Assembly: GCF_964355755.1 (NCBI RefSeq) | Contig: NC_092674.1 | Location: 1,364,001 to 1,428,000, forward strand | Source of the DNA: Antedon mediterranea | Lineage: Eukaryota; Animalia; Echinodermata | Length of the DNA: 64,000 nt | Direction: 5' to 3' | Shown: positions 25,201 through 37,530 of the stretch, piece after piece | How the letters are laid out: every line of letters starts with the position of its first letter | How positions within the stretch are numbered: the stretch's first letter is position 1 | The notes under the pieces: model-generated | Database searches by the model: none | What the model saw: only the letters and a program-made list of their open reading frames with translations | Told to the model about the DNA's origin: nothing | Position numbers and translations under genes: made by a program

Positions 25201-25996
25201 AAAAATCATGAAAAATAAAGATTTATAAATCAGATTTTTTAATAGCCTAATTTGCAGTTTTAATGAAGCTTTCACTTCGATAGAAATGCAATTTTTTTCA
25301 TTAAGGAAAAAAAAGTTTTAAAAAAAATTTATTTAACCAAAAACCCATAGTCAATTTGACTATTGTATGCGTTAGACAGTTTTTTTCAGGTAAATTCAAG
25401 ATTCAAGATTCAAGAAATTTTATTTGTCCATAAAAATGGAAATTCACTTTGCTTGGTAGATTAAAACAACAATATTGCAACAATTTAAAAACGTGCAGTA
25501 TAATAACAGATTAAAAATACAAGATAAAAAGTTAAAAATACTGTTAAAAATGTAAAACTATTAGAAATTGCATTAACGTCTTACATTAGAATTAAAAATA
25601 TGAATGCTATTTACAACGAAGGATTTTTTAGTTCTACAAAGATTTGCTCTTGGAAGTTGTAGCCTAATGCCTGATCTATTAATAAATAATTTCCAATTTC
25701 TGGTCAAAGTGAACAATTATGAACAAATTAAAATATTATTTTTTTCAGGGGGACAATTATATCTTGAATCAGCATGAATACCTCATCATTTGATTATCTT
25801 GGTGAGATCCACCACCTTCCAGCGTAGGTTCCCACAATCCTGCAGCACCATCACTTGTAGTATCTGGTGACAACTTGTCAGCAATGATAGTGACATGTGT
25901 ATTGGGGTTCTGTTGTTGGATGACAATGGCGGTAGATAGCCCTATAATACCGCAGCCAACCACACATACTTTGCCATACTCTTTGTTTATACTCAT
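13264..25996 (-). CDS. D-amino-acid oxidase / D-aspartate oxidase family flavoenzyme, 10 coding exons
   Basis: Exons ~25996-25782 ([14 protein letters not shown] motif, [10 protein letters not shown]), 24959-24845, 24758-24679, 24373-24308, 24066-24012, 16174-16073 ([17 protein letters not shown]), 15674-15595 (VKAPWVKHF), 14254-14137, 13884-13786 (WVGLRP), 13392-13264 (HNYGHGG..WGCA, ends KRKL*); GT-AG throughout. DAO versus DDO not resolved. Confidence 0.93.
14569..15329. repeat. 38-bp minisatellite, 20 copies (gcacacaagtgttgatcagcctatctaaggacgtccat)
   Basis: Near-identical head-to-tail units in an oxidase intron. Confidence 0.97.
15760..16108 (-). repeat. 52-bp minisatellite spanning an oxidase exon/intron junction, 7 donor copies
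   Basis: Unit = 36 nt exon tail gattctgtttatccaatcagaggtcaggttatacgg + 16 nt intron head gttagttacaaattaa. Confidence 0.95.
16996..18218 (+). mobile_element. 5'-truncated L2-type LINE, frameshifted
   Basis: [44 protein letters not shown]; 3' end gcgctatataag followed by an (att)n tail. Confidence 0.93.
18788..19051. mobile_element. MITE with ~30-bp terminal inverted repeats and internal subrepeats
   Basis: gggttggtgaaatctgtccacaataggttac ... gtaacctattatggacagatttcaccaaccc. Confidence 0.85.
19181..19308. repeat. 20-bp tandem repeat (atggattgcgtgatgtcaaa), ~6 copies
   Basis: Directly visible. Confidence 0.95.
20430..23690 (+). mobile_element. Academ-type DNA transposon, internally deleted and pseudogenised
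   Basis: TAG...CTA termini with long imperfect TIRs (accaaacctggaaaaaattatttacaaag / ctttgtaaataatgttttctaggtttggt); broken ORF 21022-22946 with [42 protein letters not shown] (XPG-like) and a C-terminal Cys cluster. Confidence 0.85.
23819..23950. repeat. 46-bp tandem repeat, ~3 copies
   Basis: tgcctggctgaccaatgcagggaatggtcc(g/a)gcatt repeated. Confidence 0.9.
25185..25764. mobile_element. TTAA-flanked non-autonomous DNA element (Kolobok-like termini)
   Basis: ttaa|agatgtattgtcc ... ggacaattatatct|tgaa; related left end at ~49745. Confidence 0.6.
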
Positions 25997-26325
25997 ATTT
26001 AAATTCTAGTGAAACTGAAAATGCATTTTTTGTTTGTTGACATAAAAATCAGAAAAAAACCTCAAATATATATAATAATTTAACATGATATTCCGTCCCA
26101 ATGAAATAAATAAACATCGAAATATTGACTCCTGATATATAACATTGTACATATTTTGTTAAAATATTTTGAATTTTGTTTTTTGTAAATAAATAAATGA
26201 ATGAATTAAACGCTGTTATTTCAACACTGTCAATTTCTCACTGTTATATTCTACATAAGATGAAGATAAATAGGGTACTACGAAAATACTTAAATGATGG
26301 GGCATCTCCGGTAAATGCAATAATA

Positions 26326-26507
26326 AAGCTTGGTTCCCACTAGAACGTAACGCAAGGACGTAAACGCAACGCAAGCGTTTTAACCAATGACAAGCAAAGT
26401 TATAGACAGTTAGCAATCACAAGCGAATAAGCCATCGCTTGTGATTGGTCAATTCACTTGCGTTGCGTTACGTCCTTGCGTTGCGTCGCTAGTGGGAACC
26501 ACGCTTT
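26326..26507. mobile_element. MITE family B (TIR aagcttggttcccactag), palindromic
   Basis: Inverted ends visible; other copies at ~30566-30718, 31845-31970, 32390-32420, 37390-37530, 37655-37730, 39909-40067. Confidence 0.88.
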
Positions 26508-27850
26508 ATGGACAAATCAACGACCCATATGACGGGGTTTACCACGAACACAGTGTGTAGTGGCATTTCGTACCTTCTCGTGACGCACACAAGCAATCCA
26601 AACAGTCAGAAATTCATTCTGAGCATGTTCAGAAATATATCCACTCACACAAATACGCTGACAGCCGGCGGTAAATTGTGCGCGGTATTGTAATGCTGGT
26701 TAATTTTGGGCTGCTATTTGTCAATTTACATATAGGCTCTTCCAAAACTGGACTTTTATAACGTTAATGGTTATTAGATATGATTAAATGGGATCTAAAT
26801 TTTAATTTAGTGACAGAAAAAAACATTTAGCATAAGATTAAGGGTGTTGCCCGGGCAATCGGGGCAACCCCCTGCGTTCGCCCCCTGCCATGATATGCAA
26901 TTGAATCTGAGTTCTATTCATATCATATTTATAGCCAGATGTCAGTGTTAGCTGGGCACTCATGAGTTCAGTAGCAAAAGGAGGCCATCGGCATGAAAAT
27001 GGGATCGGGGGATAGAGGGAGCGAGAAAAGGCCAACCTAAAGACCTCCCTAAACAATGTACATATGCCTAATGAAATAACTATCATATGTCTAATACTTA
27101 CTACTCTTCTTTATAGTATTTGTTACAGTAAATAAAATATCTGGAACCAGAGATATATCCAGTCTCGACGGGACTGGCAGGTAAACAAAATGAAACTACT
27201 AAAAGTTAAGTAGTATAATAGGATTAATAGTTATTATTTCTCTCAATGACGTTGACCTTTGTGAATTATCTACAGGAATCCTTCTCTATATAGATAGGCC
27301 TATTATATGCCATAGTGTGATACGTGCAGACCCCTATACTATACTAGGATGGATGTGCATTTTGACAAATATTAATTTAAGTTTCTAAACGTTACAAACG
27401 TAAAGATATAACGTGTCCCCTTAAATTTATTTATTTTTTGTTAAATATGCCATTTTGAGAAATGGTATTTAGAGAAGAGTCCGGAAGAACTTTCCAACCG
27501 TAATACTACGTTTATTAATTCGGTTTTAATAATTTAGCTCATTTCTCAGCAAATAATTCGATCGACGTAAGTGTAGCGTTGTTTGGTTTAGCTCTCCAAT
27601 CTCTAAGACCTTGGGGTGTGTTTCACCATCGTCGCTAGTGCTAAAATAACGATCTTGTCGTTTATAGGCCTATATCTTATCTTCGCTGCCAATCATCTCT
27701 CTTACTTTTTTCCATTCGCTACAACGCGTTGATTGGTTAAAAACGTTGTAAGTATTCAGCCAATAGGAAATCGTTAAATAATGCCATAGATATAATTATT
27801 TTCTTGATTTCAGTAAATCGAGTTTATACACAGGAAGGTAGCAGAACAGA

Positions 27851-30800
27851 ATGCGCAACATAGTGTTTAGTCTTTTTCTCACTTTCAAGGCAAGTACTAT
27901 TATTGTTCAAAGCTCAAATAGACAAGATCATTATTTTAGCGATTGTAAATGGTAACATTCTAAAACATCTATAGATTTTATGAAATGATTCTATTTTGAA
28001 AACCCATTGTTGTTGGCACCAATTCCTATAACGTACCGATGTAAACCTTCAATAAAGTAAGCCCTATTATTTCATTTAATTGTTTTGCTTTCTTGCAGGT
28101 TGTTGTCATTGTTGAATCTTCTTCCTATGGAAATTGTCCGGCTGATCCGACTGAAATAGGGTGTTCTAATGGTATATTATTTTATTATAATGATTAAAGG
28201 GTCTTTCATATCTGTTGAGGCAGGGTTTCGGTCCGGCGCCGGAAAATCTAATAGCACGTCAATGTTTCGTTTTCACGACGCTCCACGCGGCTATGCGTCA
28301 ATTGATATGCGCGTAGCCGCGTAAAAACAACACATTGGCGTCCGAATAGATTTTCCGGCGCCGGACCGAATCCGTGCTCAAGCAGGACGTGAAAGGCGCT
28401 TTACAGAAGGGTCCAATTAATGAATATAAACATTATATTTATGGTGCAAAATTATTTTTAAAAGAAACCAAAACCAAAACCTAAACTAATAATCAGTGTT
28501 ACTTTTAGAAACATTTTTAATTATCAATTTTGTTTATTTATCAGAAAACTGGATTCTGACTGATCGGTACATTGTACCTGGAACCGTTGACGTTTTTACC
28601 CACAAAAACTACCCTGATAAATACCGGAACTGCGAATTTCAAGGATGGAATATAACCACTGCGCCAGGCTATGTAATGACCGTTGTTTTCGAGATAGTTA
28701 ACTACGAATTGGGTAGCGATTTCTTGTATTTTGTTTACGAAGATTCTGGTGGTACCAATATAATTATAAAGGATGTATCCAGTCAAAATGATGAATTACT
28801 GCTTGATCTACAGTATAAGTATTTTGAGTCCTGGCAACTGTACATGTGTACCGATTTATCTATTAGGAAATATGGATTTCTCATCTATGTAACGCCTCAG
28901 CTTTGTAAGTTACCAGTATCTGTTACATTATTGCAACAAAATTAAACAGATAGATATGAATCATACCACACGTCCAATTAAAACGTGTCTAAAGCTCTGT
29001 CTACACTATCAAACTTTATGTGACAAAAAATGTGATGTTTGGGCACATTTTTTTGTCAAACTAGTTTAATAGTGTAGACAACGGAGTTTAAGAAAATGGT
29101 ATATATCTTACACAACAAGACAGTACCGTTTTGAAAAATCGTTAGCAGTACTATTTCGGGTCTTTTCTGCAGCTCAATATGCCTATTATAGTTCCGCATC
29201 TCCATACTATATTTTCGCAGCTCTATATTATAGTTCTACAGCTCTATGTTATAGTTCTACAGCTCTATATTATAGTTCTACAGCTCTATATTATAGTTCT
29301 ACACCGCTATATTATAGTTCTACAGCTCTATATTATAGTTCTACAGCTCTATATTATAGTTCTACACCTCTATATTATAGTTCTACAGCTCTATATTATA
29401 GTTCTACAGCTCTATATATTAATACAAGTATTGAAAAATATAGGCAATAAGCAGAATGTATTTTATTTCCACCAAACCCGTTTTTAGCACTCAGAATCGT
29501 ATTATGACTAAATACTATTTAATCATTGTAGCTTCAACAAGCGATATTAACCTAACCACAGAAGAAGAAGAAAGTACCACCACTAGTACAGGTTGGTGAA
29601 TTTTCATGGTGAATAACTATAATGATTTATGGTGACATTTTGAGGAAATAGATATTGAAATGAATTTGTCCTGTTACTGAAAATTCAATAATTTTGTTTT
29701 AGAAAATAATATACCTACATCAATTACTGGCTTTTTTGGAACATTCGACACCGGAACTTTACATCCAATCACCAACCCTAATACAATTGCAACATTTACT
29801 GAAACTTCGTCGACGGATACAACGTCATTATCGGTTTCAACGTCATCGTTTAATGCAACGTCATCGTCGGATTCAAGGTCATATGTAACGTCATCGTCTG
29901 ATTCCACGTCATCGTTGGATGCAACGTCATCGTCGGATTCAACGTCATCGTTTGATGCAACGTCAACGTCGGATTCAACGACATCGTTTGATGCCACGTG
30001 GTTCAGTTCCACGTCCGCTTCTGTTAGCATTTCTTATCAGGTATCGAATTAATATTTTACTCCTGATTAAATTGTGCATGTCTGGTTCAAGATGCAAGAG
30101 ATGATTAGCCTCTACGTTGATTTTTATTTTATTTCATTTCAACAATATTTTACGAGGGTGATCCATCATTAGGGATCCTCACAAAAATACAATATGACAA
30201 GACATAAACGATTTATTTAATCAGTCAATTTGTATTTTGTTTCTAATATTCTTCTCATTACCATGGACCTATAATTAGATATGGGCCTAGGTCCATGGTA
30301 TATTTCTTTATGTAAGAAAATATCTTAATCTTAATTAAGTGTAGTAAATGGTTTCCACAGATCGAGCATCTTTTGAATTACGCGGAATCACGTGACTCTT
30401 TGAGTGAATCGGAGGTTTTGCGTATCCTACAGTCCACTAAGGATATTACGTCAGACGATAGCAACTATTTGGACGTAAATGACATATTGAATGTAATCAG
30501 ACTGTTAGAAGTTATTGCAGATTCAGCGACATCATCAGAATCCTGTGTTGAGGTATAAAACGTCATGGTTCCCACAAGAAACTCAAGGACGTACGCGCAA
30601 CGCAAGCGAGTTGACCAATGAAAAGCCACTGTTTGAATAATCCATCGCTTGTGATTGTTCAAACCACTTTCGTTGCATTACGTCCTTGTGTTGCGTCGCT
30701 AGTGGGAATCAAGCTTAAGAGGGAACTTTTTTTATGATTGATTGTAAAATTGATTTTATGTTTACACGTTATGTAATGATGATGTGCCATGAGGCCACAG

Positions 30801-33800
30801 AGGGGTGACAGTAACGGATTTATTTGAGTCTTTATGTCGACCAAATGATACCTTGTTGTTTCTTGTTGATTTTCATGAACAATTATTTTACTGACAGTTG
30901 TACCTGTCGGTGTATGATGACATATTACGAGAATGTAACATGGATACACTCGCTTTATCAAATGAAAGTGAGGTAAGTATTCATATTCAGATAATATTCA
31001 GATAATATTTATTTAGATAATAATGAATGAATATATACAAAATAGAAAAAGATATTAAAGTGAACATAGATAAAGCAGTAATTGGTAGTCATTATTATCA
31101 TGGATCCCTTCTAGAAGTTAAAAACTTGTCTCGTAGGGACCCATAACAAAACACATTACTAAAAAAATAAAAATAACCTAGAATATATAATTATATAATT
31201 TAGGATAAAAAATTACAGTATAATAACATAACTAACATATACATGTATCTAGTGAATCTTTAAGCCGCAGCAGCAGTAGTAACGGATTGCGCATGATGCC
31301 GTCATTTGTTTTGTCTGTTTGTAAGTTCTCCATACTGGCCCGTTGAATATGCAAGGTTTAGAGCACGAACTATCAGCATCATCCCTTAAAGTTGTGTCTA
31401 AACTATCAAACTAGTTTGAAAAAACGTGTGTTATGACCAAATATGGTTTGATAATGTAGACAGAGCTTTACTGTGCAATGAATAAACTTTAGATCCTAAT
31501 TTGTCTATTTTCCATTATTTTATAGGGTGTTGCTAGTGACATCATGTCAATGATATTTACATACACGGCCGCCGTTTCTACTAACTTGGTCCAGGCAAAC
31601 GAATCGTCGGTCCTCAGTTTTGCGAATGAGAACATTGGTGAGGAAAAAAACATTGGTATTAAACAGAACGATATAATTATCGACAAAACATCATTTATTC
31701 ATATCTAATTTCGCAGTTGTAGAGACGGAATCTGTTGGAAGTAGTGACGTCACACTGTCAGTTGATAGAATGGAGATCTATGCCAGTGAGGATTCTTTTC
31801 ACGTTAGCTTACCCATGGTCAACTTGAAGAGCAAGTCAGGTAATTGGTTTACAGGACGTACCCGCAACGCCAGTAATTTGACCAATCACAAGTGATGGTT
31901 TGAATCATCTGTCGCTTATGATTGGTTGACATACTTGCATTGTGCACACCGTTCTTGCGTTGCGTCAAAACGACGGCAACGAAAAAAACGAGAATATTGA
32001 TAAGTGATAAAATAAGAGCAATTCAAAACTGAAAATGTGGATACAATGATGACAAAATTGGCTATGATGATGTTGTTGGAATACGGTAATAATAATCTAA
32101 AAAAGATGATGGAGATAAAGGTGAGAATATACGGTTTAATAGGCCTACTAACAATACTATTTCTCTAAATGTTTCAGTGAAAGTGATCACAATCTTGTAT
32201 AAGACATTGCATGTGATTTTACCAACCGTACTTGAGGGAGACCAAAGTGGACACGCCACAAGGATAGGATCATTTACAGTATCAATAACTGTAACGGCAA
32301 ATGACGTAGTGTTCAATCATTTTGATGGCAATGATCCACTTTACATAACTATTGATCACGTGGTTGTAAGTACCAATTAAAAGTATGTAAAGCTTGATTC
32401 CCACTAGGTCGCAACGCCAGACGGTATGAGCCTATCTGTACCATACGGATTGCATCCTTTCCTTTACTTTCATTGCCTCGTTCTTTAGATGGGACGTAAA
32501 GCCGTTGGTCCCATGTACAAAATGCACGTCAAAGAACTTGGTACAATATTCTTAAAGAGTAGGGGATCGTGTCCCGATGTGCTGATATGTGGTAGGCGCT
32601 GCACTGCTGGATGATGTTGGGCCTAAATCAAGTTTCCTCAGTTTCCATCCAATCTTAAAGACCAAGAATAATACATATCGACGCCAAATGCCGTAAGATC
32701 ATAACCTTTCGTAGGAACCGTCGACGTAACCACGAACGTGCCGTAGATGTATTTTTTTAGCATAGGATCCATGCTTTTTGCACAGAGAACCAATTAAATA
32801 CTAAAGGCATAGATAACATTGTTTGTAATATTTTAAAAGTGTGTTTATATTTCAGCAATTAAGAGAAAATGAAAAGTCTGTGTGTTCATTTTGGAAGTTT
32901 ACTGACAATAAGTAAGTAGACTCTATCGGTTGGTAGTTGGCTACTTTTGCTAGTTTACTAAATGTTGGACCTAAATCTATTACTCAACACTAGAAACTGC
33001 GCGCATACGCATGCGTATTGATAAAGCATGCCTAATCGTCACACATAATAAATAGGTCCTTTAAATACATTAAATGATTTTCTATTTAGTTAATTTACTA
33101 TTAATTTACATAATTTATACTGTCCTTTTTTTCTTTTTTTTATTTTCTGTATTTCATAAAACAGCATACATTACTTAACTTGGTTACATTACAAAGTAAT
33201 ACAAAATAAAAAAAATTATACTGTCCTAAATGACTGGAGTGAATGTGTACGCGAACATTAATTTTACAAACATTAATGTGAAATTAAAACTACAGTAAGC
33301 ATAACAATTATTTGTTGTCTTGTTGTAATTTGTGTAGTTTTGATGGGGGTGTATGGTCAGAGGACGGGTGCTTGGTTTCTTCATCAAATTCAAACCAATC
33401 CGTCTTTAGCTGTGATCATTTGACAAATTTTGCAATACTTATGAGAGTTCCAGGCCCGTCTCAGGTTAGAGTAGTGCGTTGACCTTTGTAAAGGCTCTGT
33501 ATAAATGACAATGTTAATGTTAAAATATAATAATATAATATGCTAAAACATCATTATACTATATTTAACATGTAAACTTCGTTTGGGTAACCAAATAATT
33601 TAGTTAAATTCAATAAGATTTGCTGTTCGTTTAAAAAATTTGCTTTTCTTTCGCCAGCATTTCATAATCTTTAAATTAGTTGACAATAAGGCATGTATTT
33701 ATACGGAAATTAATTTGGTTATTTATATCATTCACTAATGGTGAGCTGATTTTGTTGTGGTCTTTAACAAAACAAGAAAACAAACAATGATAAAGAAGCA

Positions 33801-36800
33801 TAAATGAATTATTATAATAATATAAATATATAGATGAGCGTACAATAAAACGTTATAAAAGTAATTCCTCTTCCACTTTATCCTCTAGGTTATTTCCGAA
33901 GGAGATACGTTTGCATTAGATGTTCTAACATACTTCTTAACGGTTCTCTCTATCATCTGTCTTGTTCTGACTGTTTGCACGTACATTTGGCTTCGGTAAG
34001 TTTTTATATTTCATTTTACCCTTACACTTGATTTGCTTTTCGTGGTGGTCTATACCTAAGCCTTGTCTACACTATCACACTTTATGTGACAAAAAAATTT
34101 GATGTGCTCATATATGGACACGATGATGTCAGATCACTACCATAATTAAGGATATCACTACAAATTGGGTACATTACACTTTTTTGTCAAACTAGTTTAA
34201 TAGTGTAGACAGAGCTTTAAGCCTGTTTTCCATCAGGCGAATTTGTTCGCGCGCGCGAATCCAACGTTTCTTCGCAGAGAAAAACAAATTGCGCTACTCT
34301 ATCCACTACAAGAGCAAATAGCTGCTAATTTAGCTGAAGAAGCGAAAAACTCAAGGAACTAGAATTCGTCGCAGAGGCATTTTGAAGATGAAAACAGCTT
34401 TCTCACCGCACCCGCCCCATTATTGCCTTAAAATATAGAAACTAAATGGTTTATTTTCTTCCTTTTACGTTTTACTTTTTTTATTTTAAAGAGCTTGGCA
34501 CCTAAGAAGAAACATCATCCATATAAACTTAGCCATATCACTTGCACTGGCTCAATTACTGTACATTGGCTTTGTCAATGCCACTGCAAATAAGGTAACA
34601 GTATGATACTCATAATAACATCGTTCCAATGTCATGAAGAAATTATCAAAAGTACTGTATTGTTAACTCTAAGCGTGTTGCATTATCAGATTATAATCCG
34701 AATAGACTATACATGTATTTTATAACCGTAGATAAATCACTTTGTATAATGCCTTACAATTAATATCGTACAATACACTGATATTTTCACGTTATTTAAT
34801 CAATATCTGTCCTTGTAGGATATTACTTAAAAGCTTCAACACTTTAAAAATCACATTTTTCATTATATGACCTTCATTGTAATAGACCTATTGTTAAAAT
34901 AAAATGCAGTGTGTTCGAAAAGCACAGTTAAAACTTTCTGTGCTTTTTAGAGTTTTAATTAATTGATTGTGTCGTGACGTAATTAGCTACACGATCACAC
35001 GTAAACGGAAGTACAGTACTTACAATATTAAATGGGAAAGTGTGTGATCTTCAGCTAAAATTTCTTGAATAAAAATAAAAACATCAAAAAATACCCAAAA
35101 TATAACGTCTAGTCCTTCTGAGTTACAAAAATAATTCAATGTTGGACTTATTTGTAGCATGGGTGCACGTTGGTAGCCGTTCTTTTACAATACATGTTTA
35201 CCGTCAGTTTTAACTGGATGTTATTAGAGGGCGTTCATCTTTTGATGATGTCCAACATCAACCTTCATCAAAGGAACCCGAAAAGTTATGTTTACGTCAT
35301 ATCCGGTTGGGGTAAGTTTCATCAACTTTCTCTGGGGATGTTTAGATGTACCAGATGGGTTAATTAAATCTACTTCACTTTTGTTCTAACATGTTTCTAA
35401 TTGTAGTGCCACCTCTTGGAATTGTGTTGATCTCATTTTCATCTAAACCATCTGGTTATGGAACTCAACAATTGTAAGTCTTACAGTATTTGTTAACAGT
35501 TAAGCCTTGTCTACACTATCAAACTTTATGTGACAAAAAATGTGATGTTCCTATTGACATGATGATGTCATATCACTGTTTGGGCACAATTTGTCAAACT
35601 AGTTTGATAGACAGAACTACGTCATGAAATGTTAAATCATAATTGTCTTGTTTTTCTCCGTAGTTGTTGGCTTGACACTTCAACGCCCATTATTTGGGCA
35701 TTTGTTGTACCGATCCTCATGGTGATTGCTGTAAGTACAATTTATTGAATGACGTGGTAGTTAGTGCGTAGTAACATTAACACCAAATGACGTGGTAGTT
35801 GACGCTTAGTAACAGAAATGACGTTGTAGTTGGTGCTTAGTAACACCAAATGATGTGGTAGTTGGCGCGTAATAACACAATTAACGTGGTAGTTGGCGCG
35901 TAGTAACAAAAATGACGTGGTAGTTGGCGCATAGTAACACCAAATGATGTGGTAGTTGGCGCGTAGTAACACAAATGACGTGGTAATTGGCGCGTAGTAA
36001 CACCAAATGACGTGGTAGTTGGCGCGTAGTAACACAAATGACGTGGTAGTTGGCGCGTAGTAACACAAATGACGTGGTAGTTGGCGCGTAGTAACACAAA
36101 TAACGTGGTAGTTGGCGCGTAGTAACACAAATGACGTTTTTTTTGGCGCGTAGTAGGCCTAACACAAATGACGTGGTAGTTGGCGCCTTGTAACACAAAG
36201 GACGTGGTAGTTAGAGCGTAGTAACACAAATGACGTGGTGTAGTAACACAAATGACGTAATAAAGACGTAGTGAAAATACCCATGCAATAATTGTCCTTG
36301 CAGGGGAACACGATTATTCTGCTCGCAGTTATCAGACGATTTATAAATTTAAAAGTAAATGCAACTAAAAGGAAGAAAGAACGAATGAGGTAAGACATGG
36401 AAATTGTTATTTTAGTTGTTGTAGTAGGGGTAGGGCTATGACGTACAAACAAATATGTAGGTACACGTTTACTGCGGTTTCTATGTGGAGATGTTCATGA
36501 TGTAATGAATGTGAAAACTACAAGCTGGCTATTTTCCTTTTTATTCATATTTTTACAGAACCAGTATTCGTGCAGTGTTGTTGATGCTACCCTTGATGGG
36601 ACTGACCTGGATATTTGGCTTGGTGGCGTCTTTTGATGATACACATTTCTTTGCATACGTATTCGTCATCTTTAACTCGTCACAAGTAAGCCTTACCCTG
36701 ACCACCAAATAAAATATTAACAACTGAGCCCGCAACTGAGTATGACGTTTTTACTTGCAGTTTGACTTTTTTGCGTTTTTAGCACTTAAACACAATAAAA

Positions 36801-37365
36801 AAATTTAATCACAATTTTGTCTTTATAGGGAGTATTCATTTTTTGCCAACTTATTCTGCTGAATGATGAGGTTTGTAGTTTTTATACGATTAATAATAAT
36901 AAATATTATTTACGACGGCAATAATTGAGAAAATTAAACTTAATAAATGTATGTATTATTTTATCATTTTGTTTTCACAATTTCAGATCCGGAGAATGTT
37001 TAATCAGAGATACACGAGGCGAAACGTAACAAGCACGTCACAATTGAGTAAAAGTGAACGAAAACACGTTAATCATGTGCGGCTACACAATTATTTCAAA
37101 CCATTACGACTATTGCTGAGTATAAAGCTCTGTCTACACTATCAAACTTTATGTGACAAAAATATTTGTGCCCATATATGGACATGATGATGTCATCACT
37201 ACCATATTTAAGCGTATCACTACGATATTTGGGCACGTCACACTTTTTTTTGTCACATAAATTAGTTTGATAGTGTAGACAGAGCTAGCATTATATACTG
37301 ACTTGCCATCAAATAACATTTACTAATTTCTTCTTTCAGATTTGTTTGAAGAAACAGTTAAATGA
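27851..37365 (+). CDS. Adhesion GPCR: signal peptide, CUB domain, Ser/Thr stalk, GAIN/GPS, 7TM
   Basis: Exons ~27851-27889, 28099-28171, 28545-28904 (CUB), 29532-29591, 29703-30040 (mucin-like), 30361-30552, 31526-31637, 31717-31839, 32179-32365, 32856-32911 (CSFW), 33338-33464 (WSEDGC..CDHLTNFAILM), 33889-33995, 34492-34594, 35158-35311 (FNWMLLEG), 35407-35473, 35664-35730 (CWL), 36304-36389, 36559-36685 (LPLMGLTWIFG), 36829-36870, 36987 onward; terminal exon 37340-37365 is uncertain. Confidence 0.9.
28196..28460. mobile_element. Palindromic MITE-like element; partial second copy at ~12226-12335
   Basis: ttcggtccggcgccggaaaatcta ... tagattttccggcgccggaccgaa; right arm and flank match 12226-12335. 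Confidence 0.75.
28992..29090. mobile_element. MITE family A (TIR aagctctgtctacactatcaaac), PIF/Harbinger-like
   Basis: First of ~16 copies: also ~31388, 34058, 35501, 37124, 40368, 40640, 41680, 42435, 43513, 43939, 45925, 52850, 54416, 58145, 63882. Harbinger assignment inferred from TWA-like flanks and TIR. Confidence 0.85.
29178..29417. repeat. 21-bp minisatellite (cagctctatattatagttcta), ~10 copies
   Basis: Directly visible; explains ORF 29179-29487. Confidence 0.95.
32480..32590 (+). mobile_element. SINE remnant with Deu/Nin-type conserved core
   Basis: gatgggacgtaaagccgttggtccc...gcacgtcaaagaac...aagagtagggga...cccgatgtg resembles the DeuSINE core as recalled from memory. Confidence 0.6.
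34058..34220. mobile_element. MITE family A, full-length copy
   Basis: aagccttgtctacactatca ... tagtgtagacagagcttt. Confidence 0.88.
35748..36260. repeat. 32/34-bp minisatellite (aatgacgtggtagttggcgcgtagtaacac), ~15 copies
   Basis: Fills most of aGPCR intron 35731-36303; explains the overlapping repetitive ORFs. Confidence 0.95.
37124..37287. mobile_element. MITE family A, full-length copy
   Basis: Both TIRs visible. Confidence 0.88.
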
Positions 37366-37389
37366 AGGTAGGCTTGCGCATTTTTTCCT

Positions 37390-37530
37390 TAAGCTTGGTT
37401 CCAACTAGGACGTAACGCAAGGACGTACGCGCAGCGCAAGCAATTTGACCAATCACAAGCAATGGATTCGAAAAGTCGCTTGTAATTGGTCAACTAGCCT
37501 GCGTTGCGTCCTAGTGGGAACCAAGCTTTA
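37390..37530. mobile_element. MITE family B, full-length copy
   Basis: taagcttggttccaactaggacg ... cgtcctagtgggaaccaagcttta. Confidence 0.88.

Noticed and set aside
29674-30030. Asp/Val-rich minus-strand ORF
   Set aside because: Antisense of the aGPCR Ser/Thr exon.
35742-36452. Overlapping repetitive minus-strand ORFs
   Set aside because: Minisatellite artefacts.
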